Positions 51,618 through 64,000 of a stretch of DNA of 64,000 nucleotides are shown one piece after another; the stretch's first letter is position 1; the number at the start of each line of letters is the position of its first letter. The stretch is from Anolis carolinensis (lineage: Eukaryota), in contig NC_085842.1 in NCBI RefSeq assembly GCF_035594765.1, forward strand, positions 281,093,749-281,157,748. The letters are read 5' to 3'. A program made the translations under genes and the position numbers. The notes beneath the pieces are model-generated. The model saw nothing but the letters and a program-made list of their open reading frames with translations. It was not told the origin of the DNA and made no database searches.

Positions 51618-52016
51618 TGCTCTCCAGAGTCACATTCCAATACTGAAACCACTGGATCACCCTGGCTCTCACAATGTCCAAAATCCACAATTTCCATAGA
51701 TTGTATATATTTGGGGGGGGAGGGGGGAGGGGATTACTACATGTTCTTCAAAACACACATGCTGATTCCCCATTATAAGGAGGAGGAGATGGGCAGAGAC
51801 TTATGATCAAATGCACAAGGATGTGTTTTTATCTGAAACAGTTGCTCCTTTTTGAAAGCAAAATATCACTAACTTAGATCTTTTTCCATAAAACTTTGTG
51901 CCCTTTGAAAGAAGAGCTACAGATTTAGGGAGTCAGAATCCGCCAGAAGTACAGGTTAATTGAAATAAGACTCATTATGCCACACACAAAATATAAGTCA
52001 AGTGAATGCAGTATGT

Positions 52017-52123
52017 CAGTGTTTCTCTAACTTGAGTCCTCTAGATGTCAACTTGGCCAATGAGCAACCATTGTGGGAGCTGAAGTCCAAAGTATCTGGA
52101 GGGCCAAAGATTGAAAATCACAG
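52017..52123. mobile_element. Old hAT MITE remnant
   Basis: CAGTGTTTCTCTAACTT..TGGGAGCTGAAGTCCAAAGTATCTGGAGGGCCAAAGATTGAAAATCACAG, related to the 18105 family. Confidence 0.55.
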
Positions 52124-54399
52124 CATTTGATTATGTAAATTGATCTAATACAAATGTATATATTGTGATTGCATTGTGTATGTCTAAAAATGAAACAAAC
52201 ATTTTATCAGTATAAATATGGGATGAGCAGTAAATATTTGACTCCCAGACTTTCTTCTCTGTGGTCTGCAGGATTTGGAGCTTGTTGGCAAAACTGAATT
52301 AAAAATAATGATCAAATAGAAGGATTTAGAACAAGAGATACTAATATTTTCTGCTCTCATATTATATAATTCCAGTATTTAGATGGTATTCTTTTTTAGA
52401 CCATGTGCAACATAAATGAGTATTCTTCTTTCTCTTTCTCAGTCACTCAGATATACAGTCGCTGTATTTGTTGTTGCATGTGAATAGATAGGATAAAATA
52501 TGAGAATCCCTGCAGCTGGGATAAGCTGGTTTTAAGAAGACCTTGCCCAATACTTAGCATAACTGAACTGCAAAGTGATACATTGTATTGTGAATTAGGC
52601 CTCGCAATAGTGCTCAATTGCACTTGATACAAAGCTTAATTGGCATTAAGAATTAGACCAAAGTAAAGAAAGATGTACAAGTGAGAGGATTCATAACTTT
52701 ATTGGATTTCAAGACCCTGTGAGCGATGCATCTTAATTGGGGCCAGTTGGGATCATTTAATAATTGCTGTCAGAAGATCAGATTTAATTCTCCTTATAAA
52801 AATACCACAGTGGGATGGAGTTAAGCAAATTGTCATTCAGGGTTTCAAATGAACAAAGCTTTAATTAGGTTGATTAGCCTACCATATGAAAGAAGAAAAA
52901 AGAGAAAATGGATGAATCTGCTATGAGCCATATATGGGTTAGATAATATATTTGACAGTTCTAGCCAATATCTTTATTTGTGTGGTACAGATTATTGATT
53001 CATATTTTTAATAAATGTACATGCACCCATTGCCTGCAGTTTCCAGATCAATTAATTTAGTGAAGTATTTATTTTGTGTGCTTTCTACTTGAATTGGTTT
53101 CTGCATTCATTTATAGACATGTTAATGAATATTGGAAGCAATCTAAAACATAAAAATATATAGTGCAAGCTTATAAAGTAAGCTTGCATTAATAAATTGA
53201 GTTAGCACAAAAATAATTGTGCACATAAGAGGTTGGTAACTGTTGACTCTCCATAGCTGTTATACCTTATAGAAATCCATGCTGGCTGAAGTTCAACATC
53301 TGGAGAGCCACAAACTCCCAATCTCTGTCTCCAAATCTAACTGCCTGTATTTTAGTTTGGACTAACAGTTAGGTTTAACTCATGGGCATAATATTGCCAA
53401 AGGTTCTGGCTACACTAGATGGATGCACACCACACAGTTCATCCTACTTAAATCAGTAGTTCAATTTCTAAACTATTTTGAAGCTAGATTATTATCAGTG
53501 GTGGGCTTAAGTCCAAGGTTTGTCTGTTCACTTAATATTTGTGTGATAGAAGCTATCAAACAACTGAACCTGCCGTTTCATCTTCCCACTATCCAACTAG
53601 CAAATGTGTTATTCACAAAAGCTGGAAGAATAGCTTCTCTGATCTATTTGAATTATTATTGAATTATGGCCCTTTCTCCAACCCACATAACACAGGACTA
53701 TGTGACTCCATAGTCCTGTCATTTAAATACACATGCACACAAAAGGCTCTGTAGGATATCATATGTTTAATAAAGACTATTCTGTGTATGCTAGTAAGGA
53801 GTCTTTCTATCATCTGATTTCATGTGATCTCTCTCTAGCATTGGGACTGCAGCTCTCAACTGCAGTAATTCTGATTACTGTCGGCGTTCTGAAATGTAGA
53901 TCCTGAAGCAGATGAGTACCATAAATCCACATAGTGCATGGTACAACTGCCATAGCTTGAGGAATTCATAGAAAGGAGCAGTCCAGTCCTTCAGGTCTCA
54001 ACTAGCTTAGACAACAAAATGTCCTGGGACATTTATCATGAAAACTTTGAGGAAATGAATGGAAATTGTGCAGAGCCCTTGATTCAGCAGATTGATCAAG
54101 GAGGGCTTTCTGACTTTCGTGTGCTTTCTGTTCTGCCAAATGGAAACTACTAGGATATCACTATCCATACAGTGTGGGCTGCAGAAGTACATTTTGTATC
54201 TCATGCTCAAACCTGTGAACAGGTAATGTGTGGAGTATCTTATAAATGTCCACAGGAAGACTTTGCATGGTAAAGCTACATGGCATTCAGTATCTTCACT
54301 GTTCTTCCAAATTGGTAATAATTATGGCCAAAATGTCCAATACCTGTGGGAAATGCCCTGTCAGAACCCATAATTGTAAAATTGTATTATGTGAAATTA

Positions 54400-54572
54400 T
54401 AGTTGAATGTATTTTCATATAGATGTTTAATTTAATTAATTTTAATCATTATCATTGTTGAAGTGTAATTGTTTTTATATACTCTGTTTTATATTGGTTG
54501 TAAGCTGCCCTGAGTCCCCCCCTCGGGGATGAGAAGGGTGGGATATAAATGTTGTAATAAATAAATAAAATA
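54400..54572 (+). mobile_element. L2-type 3' terminus
   Basis: TTGTAAGCTGCCCTGAGTCCCCCCTCGGGGATGAGAAGGGTGGGATATAAAT..(TAAA)n. Confidence 0.75.
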
Positions 54573-54713
54573 AGTACAATTGTGTCATTGTATAGTTAAT
54601 TAAAATGGAGTAGAAAATGAATACAAGCCTAGATGAACTTAGGGATGTGAAAATTGTGGTAAGGCTGACAAAATTCAGGGAATTTTTTTTTAACTCTAAA
54701 GCTTTTTTTCTGA

Positions 54714-54759
<46 letters not shown>
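54714..54759. repeat. (AAT)n microsatellite
   Basis: Seen directly. Confidence 0.95.
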
Positions 54760-55277
54760 GATTATTAAATATTTGTTTTTAGAATGAATAATACAATGTT
54801 TAAAATGCCCCAATTAATTTATTCAAAACTATATAAGAGGAAAACTGTATACAGTGTCACATCACTACAATTCCTGATTATGGTATCCTTTCTTCACTTT
54901 TTAAAATGTAAATGAGTGTATTATGTGACATCTACCTGACACTGTGTAGAATTAGTGGAGACAAAATCATTTTCTATATTTTCTAATATTCATGATTTCA
55001 TATTTTTATTGTGATTTTTCCCTGGTCTTCAGACTGTTAAAACCAAAGCAGCTCTTTATAATTTTATTCTATATGAAACTATACTTTTAATATAGGAAGC
55101 ATCAAAATATAGTGTCAAATAAAGTTTTAAATAATGTATTTTACACTCCTTAATGAAGCAAGTTTATTTTCAAACTGTAAAGGTTGCTAGTGCAGGTTGA
55201 ATATTCTTATTCCAAAATCCAAAATGCCATATGGGAGGCTGAGATAGTGATATTTTTGCTTCCTATGCTTCAATGTA

Positions 55278-55599
55278 GGGGCCCCTGGTGGCACAGTGTG
55301 TTAAAGCACTGAGCTGCTGAACTTGCGGATCAAAAGGTCCCAGGTTCAAATCCCAGAATGAGCGCCTGCTGTTAGCCCCAGCTCTTGCCAACCTAGCATT
55401 TCGAAAACATGCAAATGTGAGTAGATCAATAGGTACCGCTCCGGCAGGAAGGTAACGGCGCTCCATGCAGTCATGCCAGCCACGTGACCTTGGAGGTGTC
55501 TACGGACAGCGCCGGCTTTTTGGCTTAGAAATGGAGATGAGCACCAACCCCCAGAGTCGGTCACGACTGGACTTAACGTCAGGGGAAAACCTTTACCTT
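55278..55599 (+). mobile_element. Sauria SINE, full length
   Basis: A box TGGCACAGTGTG, B box GGTTCAAATCC, ACCTTT tail; TSD TGCTTCAATGTA / TGCTTCAATATA. Confidence 0.95.
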
Positions 55600-55733
55600 T
55601 GCTTCAATATACACAAACTTTATTTCATGCACAAAAATATTGAAGTACTGTATAAAATATCTTCAGGCTATGTGTGGTAGATGTTTAGGAAATAAATATT
55701 AATTTTGTCTTTAGACTTGGGTCCCATCTTTAA

Positions 55734-56054
55734 GGCACCTTCTACACAGCTGCATAACATCCAGATTATCTGCTTTGAACTTGATTATCTGATAGTGTAG
55801 ACTCAGGGCCCTGTCAGACTTTTACTGGAGGCATCCAAACAACGCCTTCAGTAAAAGAGAATTAATTCAGGACAAAGCAGGTAAACCCTGGCATGGGGAC
55901 AGCCCGGGTTTTTGGGAAGGGCATGGGGACTTAAATCCACTTCATCGTGGGTTTAAGTCCTGTCTGGAAGTGCCTTCAGATAATCCAGTTCAAAGCAGAT
56001 AATGTGGAATATCTGCCTTAATATTTCGGATTATATGGCAGTGTAGAAATGCCC
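55734..56054. mobile_element. Harbinger-like MITE (outer)
   Basis: Termini GGCACCTTCTACAC / GTGTAGAAATGCCC, 3-bp TSD TAA. Confidence 0.8.
55806..55975. mobile_element. Harbinger-like MITE (inner, nested)
   Basis: Termini GGGCCCTGTCAGAC / GTCTGGAAGTGCCT, 3-bp TSD TCA; splits the outer MITE. Confidence 0.7.
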
Positions 56055-56089
56055 TAAGATACTTACCTTCCTATGTGCATATATGCAAA

Positions 56090-56093
<4 letters not shown>

Positions 56094-56169
<76 letters not shown>
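56094..56169. repeat. Compound (TG)n(TA)n(CA)n palindromic microsatellite
   Basis: Seen directly. Confidence 0.95.
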
Positions 56170-56172
<3 letters not shown>

Positions 56173-57423
56173 CACTTTTAGTTCCATGCATTTTGGATAA
56201 GAGATGTCTGCAACATTTTTCCTTGTAACTTTCTTTGAGGCAGACTGCTTTAGGGTAAAGGTAGATTCTTTGCCCTGTTAAATATGAATTTTGCCCCCCA
56301 CCATTAAATTTTCCTCTGGCACCCAAATTTCTAGCACTGCAGAGAGTGGGCCATTGAAAATATTTCACAACTAGAATTCTTCTGTTTGTTGTTTTCACAT
56401 TCTCTTGGCCTGCCCCTTTTCTTTGCACCCCTAAAATCTGTTTCTAAAATTTCAAGTGAAGTTTTAATTTACTGAAATGCTAGAAATTTGATAATAAAGA
56501 AAAGCTTTATGGGAGGCTAGAATCCTTATGCAATGCCCTAATTTTGCTCCCTTCAGCCCCCCATAGCTATAAATGTTAGATCTGCCCTTTTTTCCAGACC
56601 TTTAAAGTCTTCATAATGGAAGGACTTCCACTTTTAAAAATCACAGCTACTTTTAAGATTCATTCTATTCTGGTAGTGTGGTTAGTATGAAGTTTAATGC
56701 ATGGTGTAAGTATTTCAGTTAATTATTTTTAAAGCACAGTATAGCTGCTTTCAGTAATTAGAAGTTCGAGCTGCAAGTGAAAGGGTAATTTTTTGCCATT
56801 TTGGCATACATTATTGCATTTAAGAATATTTTTGTCAGGGATATCTCTATATATACCAAGAAATTATAAAAAATAGTTTCTGAGAAAATGTAATGCACAT
56901 CGAAGGCCACAGAAAGATTAGCTAATGTAGCTTCCAATTGATTTTGGGGCTTTTTTTCCGGCTTACATCTTATGACAATAATAAAATGAGAAATATTGAC
57001 AATCATCCCTCAAATGAAAAAAAGTCTGTTTCCTACTGGAACAAAGATGATTAACCAAATAGGTGTTAGGTTACTAAAAGCAAAAACACACACACACACA
57101 CACTGTGACATCAGTGTTTTATCCATTCAAATTAGGTGTATTTGCATTTTTGTATTGATATGATACTGACCTTCCAGAAGAGAATGTGTCAGTTTTGCAT
57201 CTATCATTCTATAGACTGAAATATCTACATGTTGAAATATGCAGTCTTTGTGTGCATTGATATAAATACAATAAAACATTGAAACATTCTATATTAGTAA
57301 TGCATTAAATCAAGAATGTCTTAATCTTGACTTTACTTGTTTTCAACTGTATGTATTCTTATTGTATATTCTTTTTTTGTAAGCCACCTTGAGTCCCAGT
57401 CTGCATGAAAGAAGGGATAAAAA

Positions 57424-57700
57424 TAGACTGTGGAACGACCTGCCAGAGTTTCGACAACTAAATGAGCTGCCAAAATTTAAGACACAATTAAATTCCTCTC
57501 TCTTATGGCAGCCCTACCCAGTCTATTTTAAACTATTAATTTTAACTTTACATTCTATTAGTTTTGGGGTTTTAATCTTTATTCCATATAGTTTAGTATA
57601 TGTCTCCTAATGGTTTTGTGTTTTTTAACTATATTGTACCCTGGCTTGAGATATGAGGAGAGGCGGGTAATACAAATTGTTGTTGTGGTTGTTGTTGTTG
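57424..57700 (+). mobile_element. L2-type 3' fragment with (GTT)n tail
   Basis: Encodes RLWNDLPE..RQLNELPKFKTQL..WQPYP (L2 ORF2 end), then GAGGCGGGTAATACAAAT(TGT)n. Confidence 0.65.
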
Positions 57701-57907
57701 GGATAAACTGATGGATTTCCACTGTAGTCCTTGTAAAGTTTCACTTTAGAATTTTCTTAACATTTTATCAGTACTCATGGAGAAATGGATAGATGAATGA
57801 GCTATTTGAAGAAATTGTCCGACCTTTTGCAAATTTTCTTTCCAAAGTCTCTACCCAGTCCTCTAACATTTCAGTCTGTTTCTTCTTGTAGCTTTCAATG
57901 TCTACTA

Positions 57908-58198
57908 AGAATCCCCCAATGGCACTGTGGGTTAAACTCTTGTGCTGGCAAGACTGATGACTTGAAGGTTGGGTTACTGACCTGAAGGTTGCCTGTTCGA
58001 ATCTAATCTGGGGAGAGCACGGATGAGCTCCCTCTATCAGCTCCAGCTCCACACAGGGACATGAGAGAAACCTCCCACAAGGATGGTAAAAACATCAAAA
58101 AAATCTGGATGTCCCCAGGGCAACATCCTTGCAGATAGCCAATTCTCTCACACTAAAAGTGACTTACAGTTTCTCAAGTCGTTCCTGACATGAAAAAA
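57908..58198 (+). mobile_element. tRNA-derived SINE, same family as 49310-49579
   Basis: GGATGAGCTCCCTCTATCAGCTCCAGCTCC..CCTCCCACAAGGATGGTAAAAACATC..TCCTGACATGAAAAAA. Confidence 0.88.
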
Positions 58199-58364
58199 TT
58201 AGTATAAATAAAACTGGCAATTCTGTAGATGTTACAGGAAAATGAGAAGGTTCTGTAAAGACAGGACTGGGCTCTAGTTGGTTGCCTTAAAATTATTGTT
58301 GTTTTATTTCCTACCCATTTCTCCTTGAAGATCAAGGCAGAGGACAACAAGAAATAAAACAATA

Positions 58365-58762
58365 CAGGCAGTCCTGAGTTACAAACATCCAACTTACAAA
58401 TAGCTCATATTTAAGAAGGAGGGTGAGACAACAGGTAGTGAGAGAAATCTACCCTCAAGTAGGGAAATTCACTCCTGGAAGAATTATCGTAGGGCAAAGG
58501 CGTCTCACCTGTGGTTTTATCACCAGTTCTTGTTTCCAAAATCCAATGATCACAGGGACAGAAAGTGAGGTGAAATTTTCTGAATAGGGAAACAGACAGT
58601 AAAACAAACACCTTTCCCTATGCTCTCCAAAGCTTGTGTGTGTGAGAGAATGTATTTGGCTGGAGTTACACTTTAAAAATGTACCTGTTCCGACTTACGC
58701 ACAAATTTAATTTAAAATTAAACCTACAGAATATATCTGGTTCACAACTTGAGGACTGCCTG
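58365..58762. mobile_element. Tc1/mariner-Tigger MITE
   Basis: TIR CAGGCAGTCCT / AGGACTGCCTG with TA on both sides. Confidence 0.85.
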
Positions 58763-59281
58763 TATATAAAACCAATACAAATTGAAATACAGCCATCAAT
58801 ACTTTTAAAACCACAACTTAAACATTTAACTTTAATATTGTTTTATAGAGCAATGCTATTGCACATAATTTTAAAACAGCTCTATGTTTTCATGGGAAAG
58901 TCCTAAGTCGTTTTTTTAAAAGCTATAGGATTTGAAGAAAGCTAAAAGAATAGAAAAAAAGAACAACGTTTGCTTGTGATGTTTAGAAACCGAGTGAAAT
59001 AGAAGCGACTGGGCAGATTGTTACATGGTCTCCTTTATTTCAGAGCTGCCCAGTTACAATTGATTTCCCATGAAGAATGTGGAGATGAGTCCGCTGTGAA
59101 GCTTTAGAAGAGCTTTAGGCTTCGATTGTAGCAGATTCGTCTTGTCTTCCCTGCTACCTATTCTTTTGTTCTTATTGGCAGTCAAATACACAGCTTTGGT
59201 TATACATTGAATCTATGTAATCTTTTTTTGCAATGCTATCTGAAAGGATGTTGCTCTGTTCTGTAACTCCATTGGTGATGA

Positions 59282-59510
59282 TTGTGTGTATGCACTTTCA
59301 GGTTGCCTATTGACATATAACGACCCCAGGAATTGCATAGGGTTTTCTTAAGCAAGGGATATTCTGAGTTGGTTTTGATAATTCCTTCCTCTGAAATATT
59401 TAGCTTTATGCACTGCGTATTTGCTGGCAGTTTACCATCGGAGTACTAACCAGGGCTCATCCTGCCTAGCTTCCAAGATCAGATGTGATCTGGGGGCTTT
59501 GTGGTATTTA
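59282..59510 (-). mobile_element. 5S rRNA-derived SINE
   Basis: AGTACTAACCAGGGCTCATCCTGCCTAGCTTCCAAGATCAGATGTGATC is the reverse complement of the 5S internal control region; same tail as 19615-19817. Confidence 0.85.
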
Positions 59511-61499
59511 AACCCTGGTATAGGTTTACTATATAGGACATCCTTAGCATGGAGTAGACTCTGTAGAATTGAGTTTGTACTGTATATTAGAGCAGGGATG
59601 ATAATAATGCATCCTGCTAGATGTCTGATCAGTCCTAACCTGCATAGCTTTTGGAGGAAAATGCTTGGAGTTGTAGTCCACCAACATTTGGAGCACTGCA
59701 TGATTCCCACCCCAACACAGATAAATGCTTTATCAATACATTTCAAGCTTTTGTGCTTGTTATCATCACATTTATCATTTAATAATTCAAAAGTGCTGCT
59801 GGCTGCTACCCATAGTTAAAACTAAATACCGTAAGTCCCTGCCCATGGCAGTCAGATCAAAAGTTGTTTTCTTTAGTGTAGTTTGTACTTGGTTGGCTCA
59901 GTTACAGCTTCTGTATGACTACAGTATTTGTGGGGAACTTCCTGTTGTAAAATACATATTCTCCTGAGATAAATTTAGCAGATTAAAATGAAATCCCTTG
60001 CACATCTTTTAATGTGGCAGTCTAGCCATAAGATCAAAACACTTAAATGTAGGTTATGTTAAATTTCTACATCGGAATGTTTGGGACAGATGTTTGAAAT
60101 CTTGAGATGACTCAGATTCTTTCTCCCTCCTCTCTAACAACCCCCCTTCTCTCTCTCTCTCATGGTTTTCTGCCTAAATTAGATTACTGTGTAGTAGAGT
60201 GTGCTGTTTGTGTGTTTCAGACCTAGTGCAGCAGTAATGACATCTAGTGTATAACTATATAATGGGAAAAAGTTAATAAAGGACCAGATTCTAGTGATAC
60301 CCAGGAAAATTGTTTTGACAATATGTGCACTGGCCCATGGCATCCTCTATATATTGAATTGATAAATTGGGACAACAGCATATAGAGCCTGGCTCAAAAG
60401 CAGGTGTCTATTTTCTATCAGGGGTGGAAATGTTAAAATTTGGGACTACAAGTCCCAGTATCCAAACCCACCATGGGAGATGGTGGAGAATTCTGGTCCC
60501 AAAACATCATTTTTCCAAGATCTGTATTCTGTTCCACTTTGAAACTCTCTTGGTTTAGGTAATTATTTTATCAGCCTTATGTATTTATTTCATCACACTT
60601 TGTTTGTTTTTAGTCTAAGGCACCAATCCTGTTAATTCTTATGTGGGAGGTGTGCATGACCTTCTGTAGTGTATGGCCATCTTGGAAAGTGTCAGTGAAA
60701 GCTTTTTTCCAGAATAATATTCATCTGGCTTGTTTGTGTTGGTTGTCTGTCATATTAAAGTTCTGTTTTGTCATCATACTATTGTGAACATGCCAATCTC
60801 ATCTGATGAACAAGTAAAGGGCAGTTTTCTATGGTCATAATATTCAAATATTTTCACATACATGCAGCCAACCCGATAGATCTGAAGATTTTGCTTTTGT
60901 GAATTTGATTATTATTTGCAGCTATTTAGACTGCTGCTCTATACCATTTTTTAATAAGGACTAGCAATTATTCTTAGGAGTAGTACTAATTATATCCTGC
61001 TTCCTCCCTCCCAAAGGAGACTCAAAGCAGGATATAAGTACATATATTCAGCTTTTAGTCCCTATAAATGCATAGTAAGTCCTTCTTAAAAATTCTATAT
61101 GGCAGCAACAGAGACAGTGGCAAGCCCCATCAGCTGCCATCTCAAATTGACTTCAAAAGTACTTGTTTCGGTGATAAATATAGAGATATTTGCAGTTTCC
61201 ACTTTTGAAAGAGTCTCATGCCTCTAACTTCTTAAGATAGTGTTAGAACATATGCAGATAAATACATAATGTATTATTAAATATCGCACTAAAATGAATA
61301 CAAAAGGTTTCCTGCTTTTAAAAAAATGACCTATGAAAGTTTGACAGACTTATAAAATATAGCAGCAGTGACAGATATATGTACAGCTTAAGGCAGAATG
61401 GGGAGGGGGGGAAGAATCTCTGTGACACACTTGTGGCTTTTGTCCTGAAAAATTACAGCACCAGCACATATTCTAGAAGTTTCTTTTATAAATTAGATA

Positions 61500-62215
61500 T
61501 TTAGACTCCTCCATTTTGATGCTACTTTGTGCCCTCTGTTCAAAGGGCCCTCTGTCTCGGCAGTTGCAGCAGAGCAGATTCAGAAAGTTCTGTGTGGAGA
61601 AGGAAGTAAAGAGTTTTGGTTCCCATTTTGCACTTCTGGAACAGTTTAAGGAAGGAAGCACCTTTACACCTTTTATTGTTCGTGGTTGCTGACATCATCT
61701 CCTTCCCTGACCACTCGGTGCGTGTTTCCTGCCATTCTGTTAAGCATCTTCTGTGTTGCTGAGCGGGATAGAGAGAATGTGTGAGAGAAGTGGAAGGAGA
61801 AGGAGGAGGGGAGGATGACTGCCCAGCTATATCTGCCCACTGGAACTCAAATCACTCTTTCCTCAACTCTCTGTGCCTTTGCCAAATCACAAAACGAGAA
61901 AGAAGCCTGCCAAAGCCAAGTTCCTCTTTTTAGCAAACAGTCTGATTTTTTTAAAAAAATGTCTTTGGGTTTCCAAAAGAGGAAAAAATGCTGAAGACTG
62001 TAATTCTGCAGAGTGCAGCATTGATTTTTTTAAAAAGATGCATCTGTTTACGTGTAACTCTGTCATTATCTTGGAAAGTTTCTTTAATGTGGACACTGTT
62101 TTGACAGAACTTCTGGGATAATTTTAGCTTGCCATAAGCAAGGTTTTGACGTTTTTGGGGCTGCAGCGGTTTTTGCAGTTTTCCTAATAAATATAACACA
62201 CATACCTGGAAGGTA
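61500..62215. promoter_or_regulatory. Candidate promoter / non-coding first exon
   Basis: Repeat-free, locally richer in GC and CpG, GA-rich tract, ETS/CRE-like/GCGTG motifs, donor-like sites near 62200-62218. Confidence 0.35.
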
Positions 62216-62451
62216 AATTTAAGCAGTTTGCAGCTGACGTTTATTCCTTTGAAAAATTCCAGAGAGATTTGTATTTAAATGTTAAAACTCTAGAGATGAG
62301 TAATTGTGGATCATTTTCACATCTAGTATTCTGAAGGGCACAGAACCTCCAAAATGTTTAAAGGCACATGGATCAAATGTAATTTTCAATACATCCCATG
62401 ATGTATTTGAATAACTGCTTTTCTAGATGCTTGATTATGTGGGTATGAGTC

Positions 62452-62652
62452 TTGCTGCTGTGTGCCTTGAAGTCATTTCCAACTTAACACAACCCAAAGG
62501 CAATCCTATCCTGGGGTTTTCTGGGAAGATTTCTTCATTGGGAATTTGCCCTTTCCTTCCTTTGTGACTGAGAGAGTGTGACTTGCCTGAAAGCCACCTA
62601 ATGGGTTTCCGTGGCTGAGTGTGTTTTAAACTCTGGTCTCCAGCATTATAGT
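62452..62652 (-). mobile_element. Old tRNA-derived SINE, same family as 21595 and 30115
   Basis: GTGTGCCTTGAAGTC tail and GAGAGAGTGTGACTTGCC core, in reverse orientation. Confidence 0.7.
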
Positions 62653-62727
62653 CTATTTATTGAATGAGTCTTTCTTTTATATTTAAGATGTCTTCTTCAT
62701 TCATGCATACATAACGGGTTTTTATAT

Positions 62728-62905
62728 ACGGTGGATCCTTGGTATAACCTGAGGTTTGGTTCCAGGACTCTGTGGATACCAAAATCCATGAATGATCAAG
62801 TCCCATTATATACAATGGTGTCTCTTATATAAAATGGGAAAATCAAAGGTTTTTTTGGATTTAAGCCCTGATTGCAGAATTTGTGGATATGGATGGCTAA
62901 CCATA
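62728..62905. mobile_element. Tigger/MER2-like MITE
   Basis: GGTTCCAGGACTCTGTGGATACCAAAATCCATG..GTGGATATGGATGG, homologous to 43983-44200. Confidence 0.7.
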
Positions 62906-64000
62906 TTCCAAAACAGTTGCACATGGGTGGCTTTTTTTCTTGCCTGTTTTTTTTTGGGGGGGGGGGGGGATTAGTAAAATAATGCATGATAAGGAGAAAA
63001 ATCATAGAAAAGTCACAATAATAAGGATTTGATGTTAAGCCAGAAAGAAAGAAAATCCCTTTTTGAAACCTATTTTAAACCATTCTACTATGACAGTCTG
63101 TTTGTTTTACAGTTGGGATGACTATTTCTGTGTGTTGGTGTGTAAGTATACCCCAAAACCAACATATGTGTATGTGTGTATGGATGGGAACAGTTACCAT
63201 GCTGTTTCTCGTTCCTCGCCCTTCTTATATATAAGAAACAACAGTGAAATAATAAGGATCAATGCTTCCTTTTAAAACTGAATGGGCTTCTCCTCTTTCC
63301 TTTCCCCCCACCTTCACCAACTTGTCAACAGATTGTTGCTAGCAATGGGGACAATCGTCAAATTCATCTCTCGAGTTTACCATCAGGTAAATTGGGCATT
63401 CTCTCCCTGCACCCAATGGGCTTTACTCCTAGATTTACGCCTGGTGGGTCCAAGCAAGAAGTGTTTGTGAGAGTATTTTGAGACTATTTTTATGTAGCTG
63501 CTGAATACTTAACGTTCCTGACACTAGGCTGTTTATAATCCCCCCTTTCTTTCTCTCCCCCCTCCCTCCCCACTTTTCTTCTCTGAAAACTCAGTTTGAA
63601 ATGTGGAACTGATAGTTGTGTGGGAGGGACTGGCCATGCTGTTACTTCACCGGGGGCTTTGCAAGCATGTCCTAACAGACAAGACTGTCAGCGTTCAGTG
63701 ATTCCTCCCCCCAATCCCCCCCCCTCTTTTTTCTCATTCAGCTTCAGAGTCCTGATCTGTAAAGCAGCTCTCATCCTGGCTAACCCTGTCACTACGTCTC
63801 TAATCTGTCCACTCTGACCTTCCACCCTCAATAGAATAGGAGCTTAGGGCAGGCGCAGGGGCCATAAGCCGATAGTGCCTTGGGCTCCACGTGAATGAAA
63901 GGAAGGGAAATTGTTCCATATGCATTTGCTGTGGATTAGTCTATTGGCTTACTGTTGTGGAGAAAGCCTGTTAGACTCCTTTGGGTCCTGCACGTACATG

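Larger units (their letters stand above)
55193..56210. mobile_element. MER46C-like Tigger MITE (reverse orientation to 34186-34532) carrying nested insertions
   Basis: CAGGTTGAATATTC start; GGGAGGCTGAGATAGTGA, CTTGGGTCCCATC and GCATTTTGGATAAG are reverse complements of segments of 34186-34532. Confidence 0.75.

Noticed and set aside
54140-54228. Short ATG-initiated frame ending at CAG|GTAATG
   Set aside because: Unrecognised peptide and no promoter evidence
54475-54813. Poly-Tyr ORF (also poly-Leu at 13348 and CV/HT repeats at 56063)
   Set aside because: Translations of microsatellites

Overview
AT-rich vertebrate genomic DNA with no recognisable protein-coding exon, i.e. a large intron or an intergenic region. 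The repeat content (Sauria-type SINEs, 5S-derived SINEs, L2/CR1/RTE-BovB LINE fragments, a Penelope-like element, hAT/Tigger/Harbinger MITEs) points to a squamate reptile, most likely an Anolis lizard (inference from repeat families recalled from memory). The only ORFs with recognisable protein motifs are decayed retroelement pieces, mainly an internally deleted L2 at about 30.6-32.5 kb. The most notable structures are: a Penelope-like insertion whose inverted termini carry two degenerate minimal hammerhead-ribozyme motifs; nested transposon stacks with intact TSDs (48.1-49.1 kb, 55.2-56.2 kb); SINEs that combine different heads with different LINE tails; an unexplained ~165-bp hairpin at 36.5 kb; and several repeat-free, motif-dense blocks that are candidate enhancers, alternative promoters or non-coding exons. 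There is a 144-N assembly gap at 22401-22544. I did not find convincing evidence of a wholly new biological system. Family names are from recall and need confirmation with RepeatMasker/Dfam.
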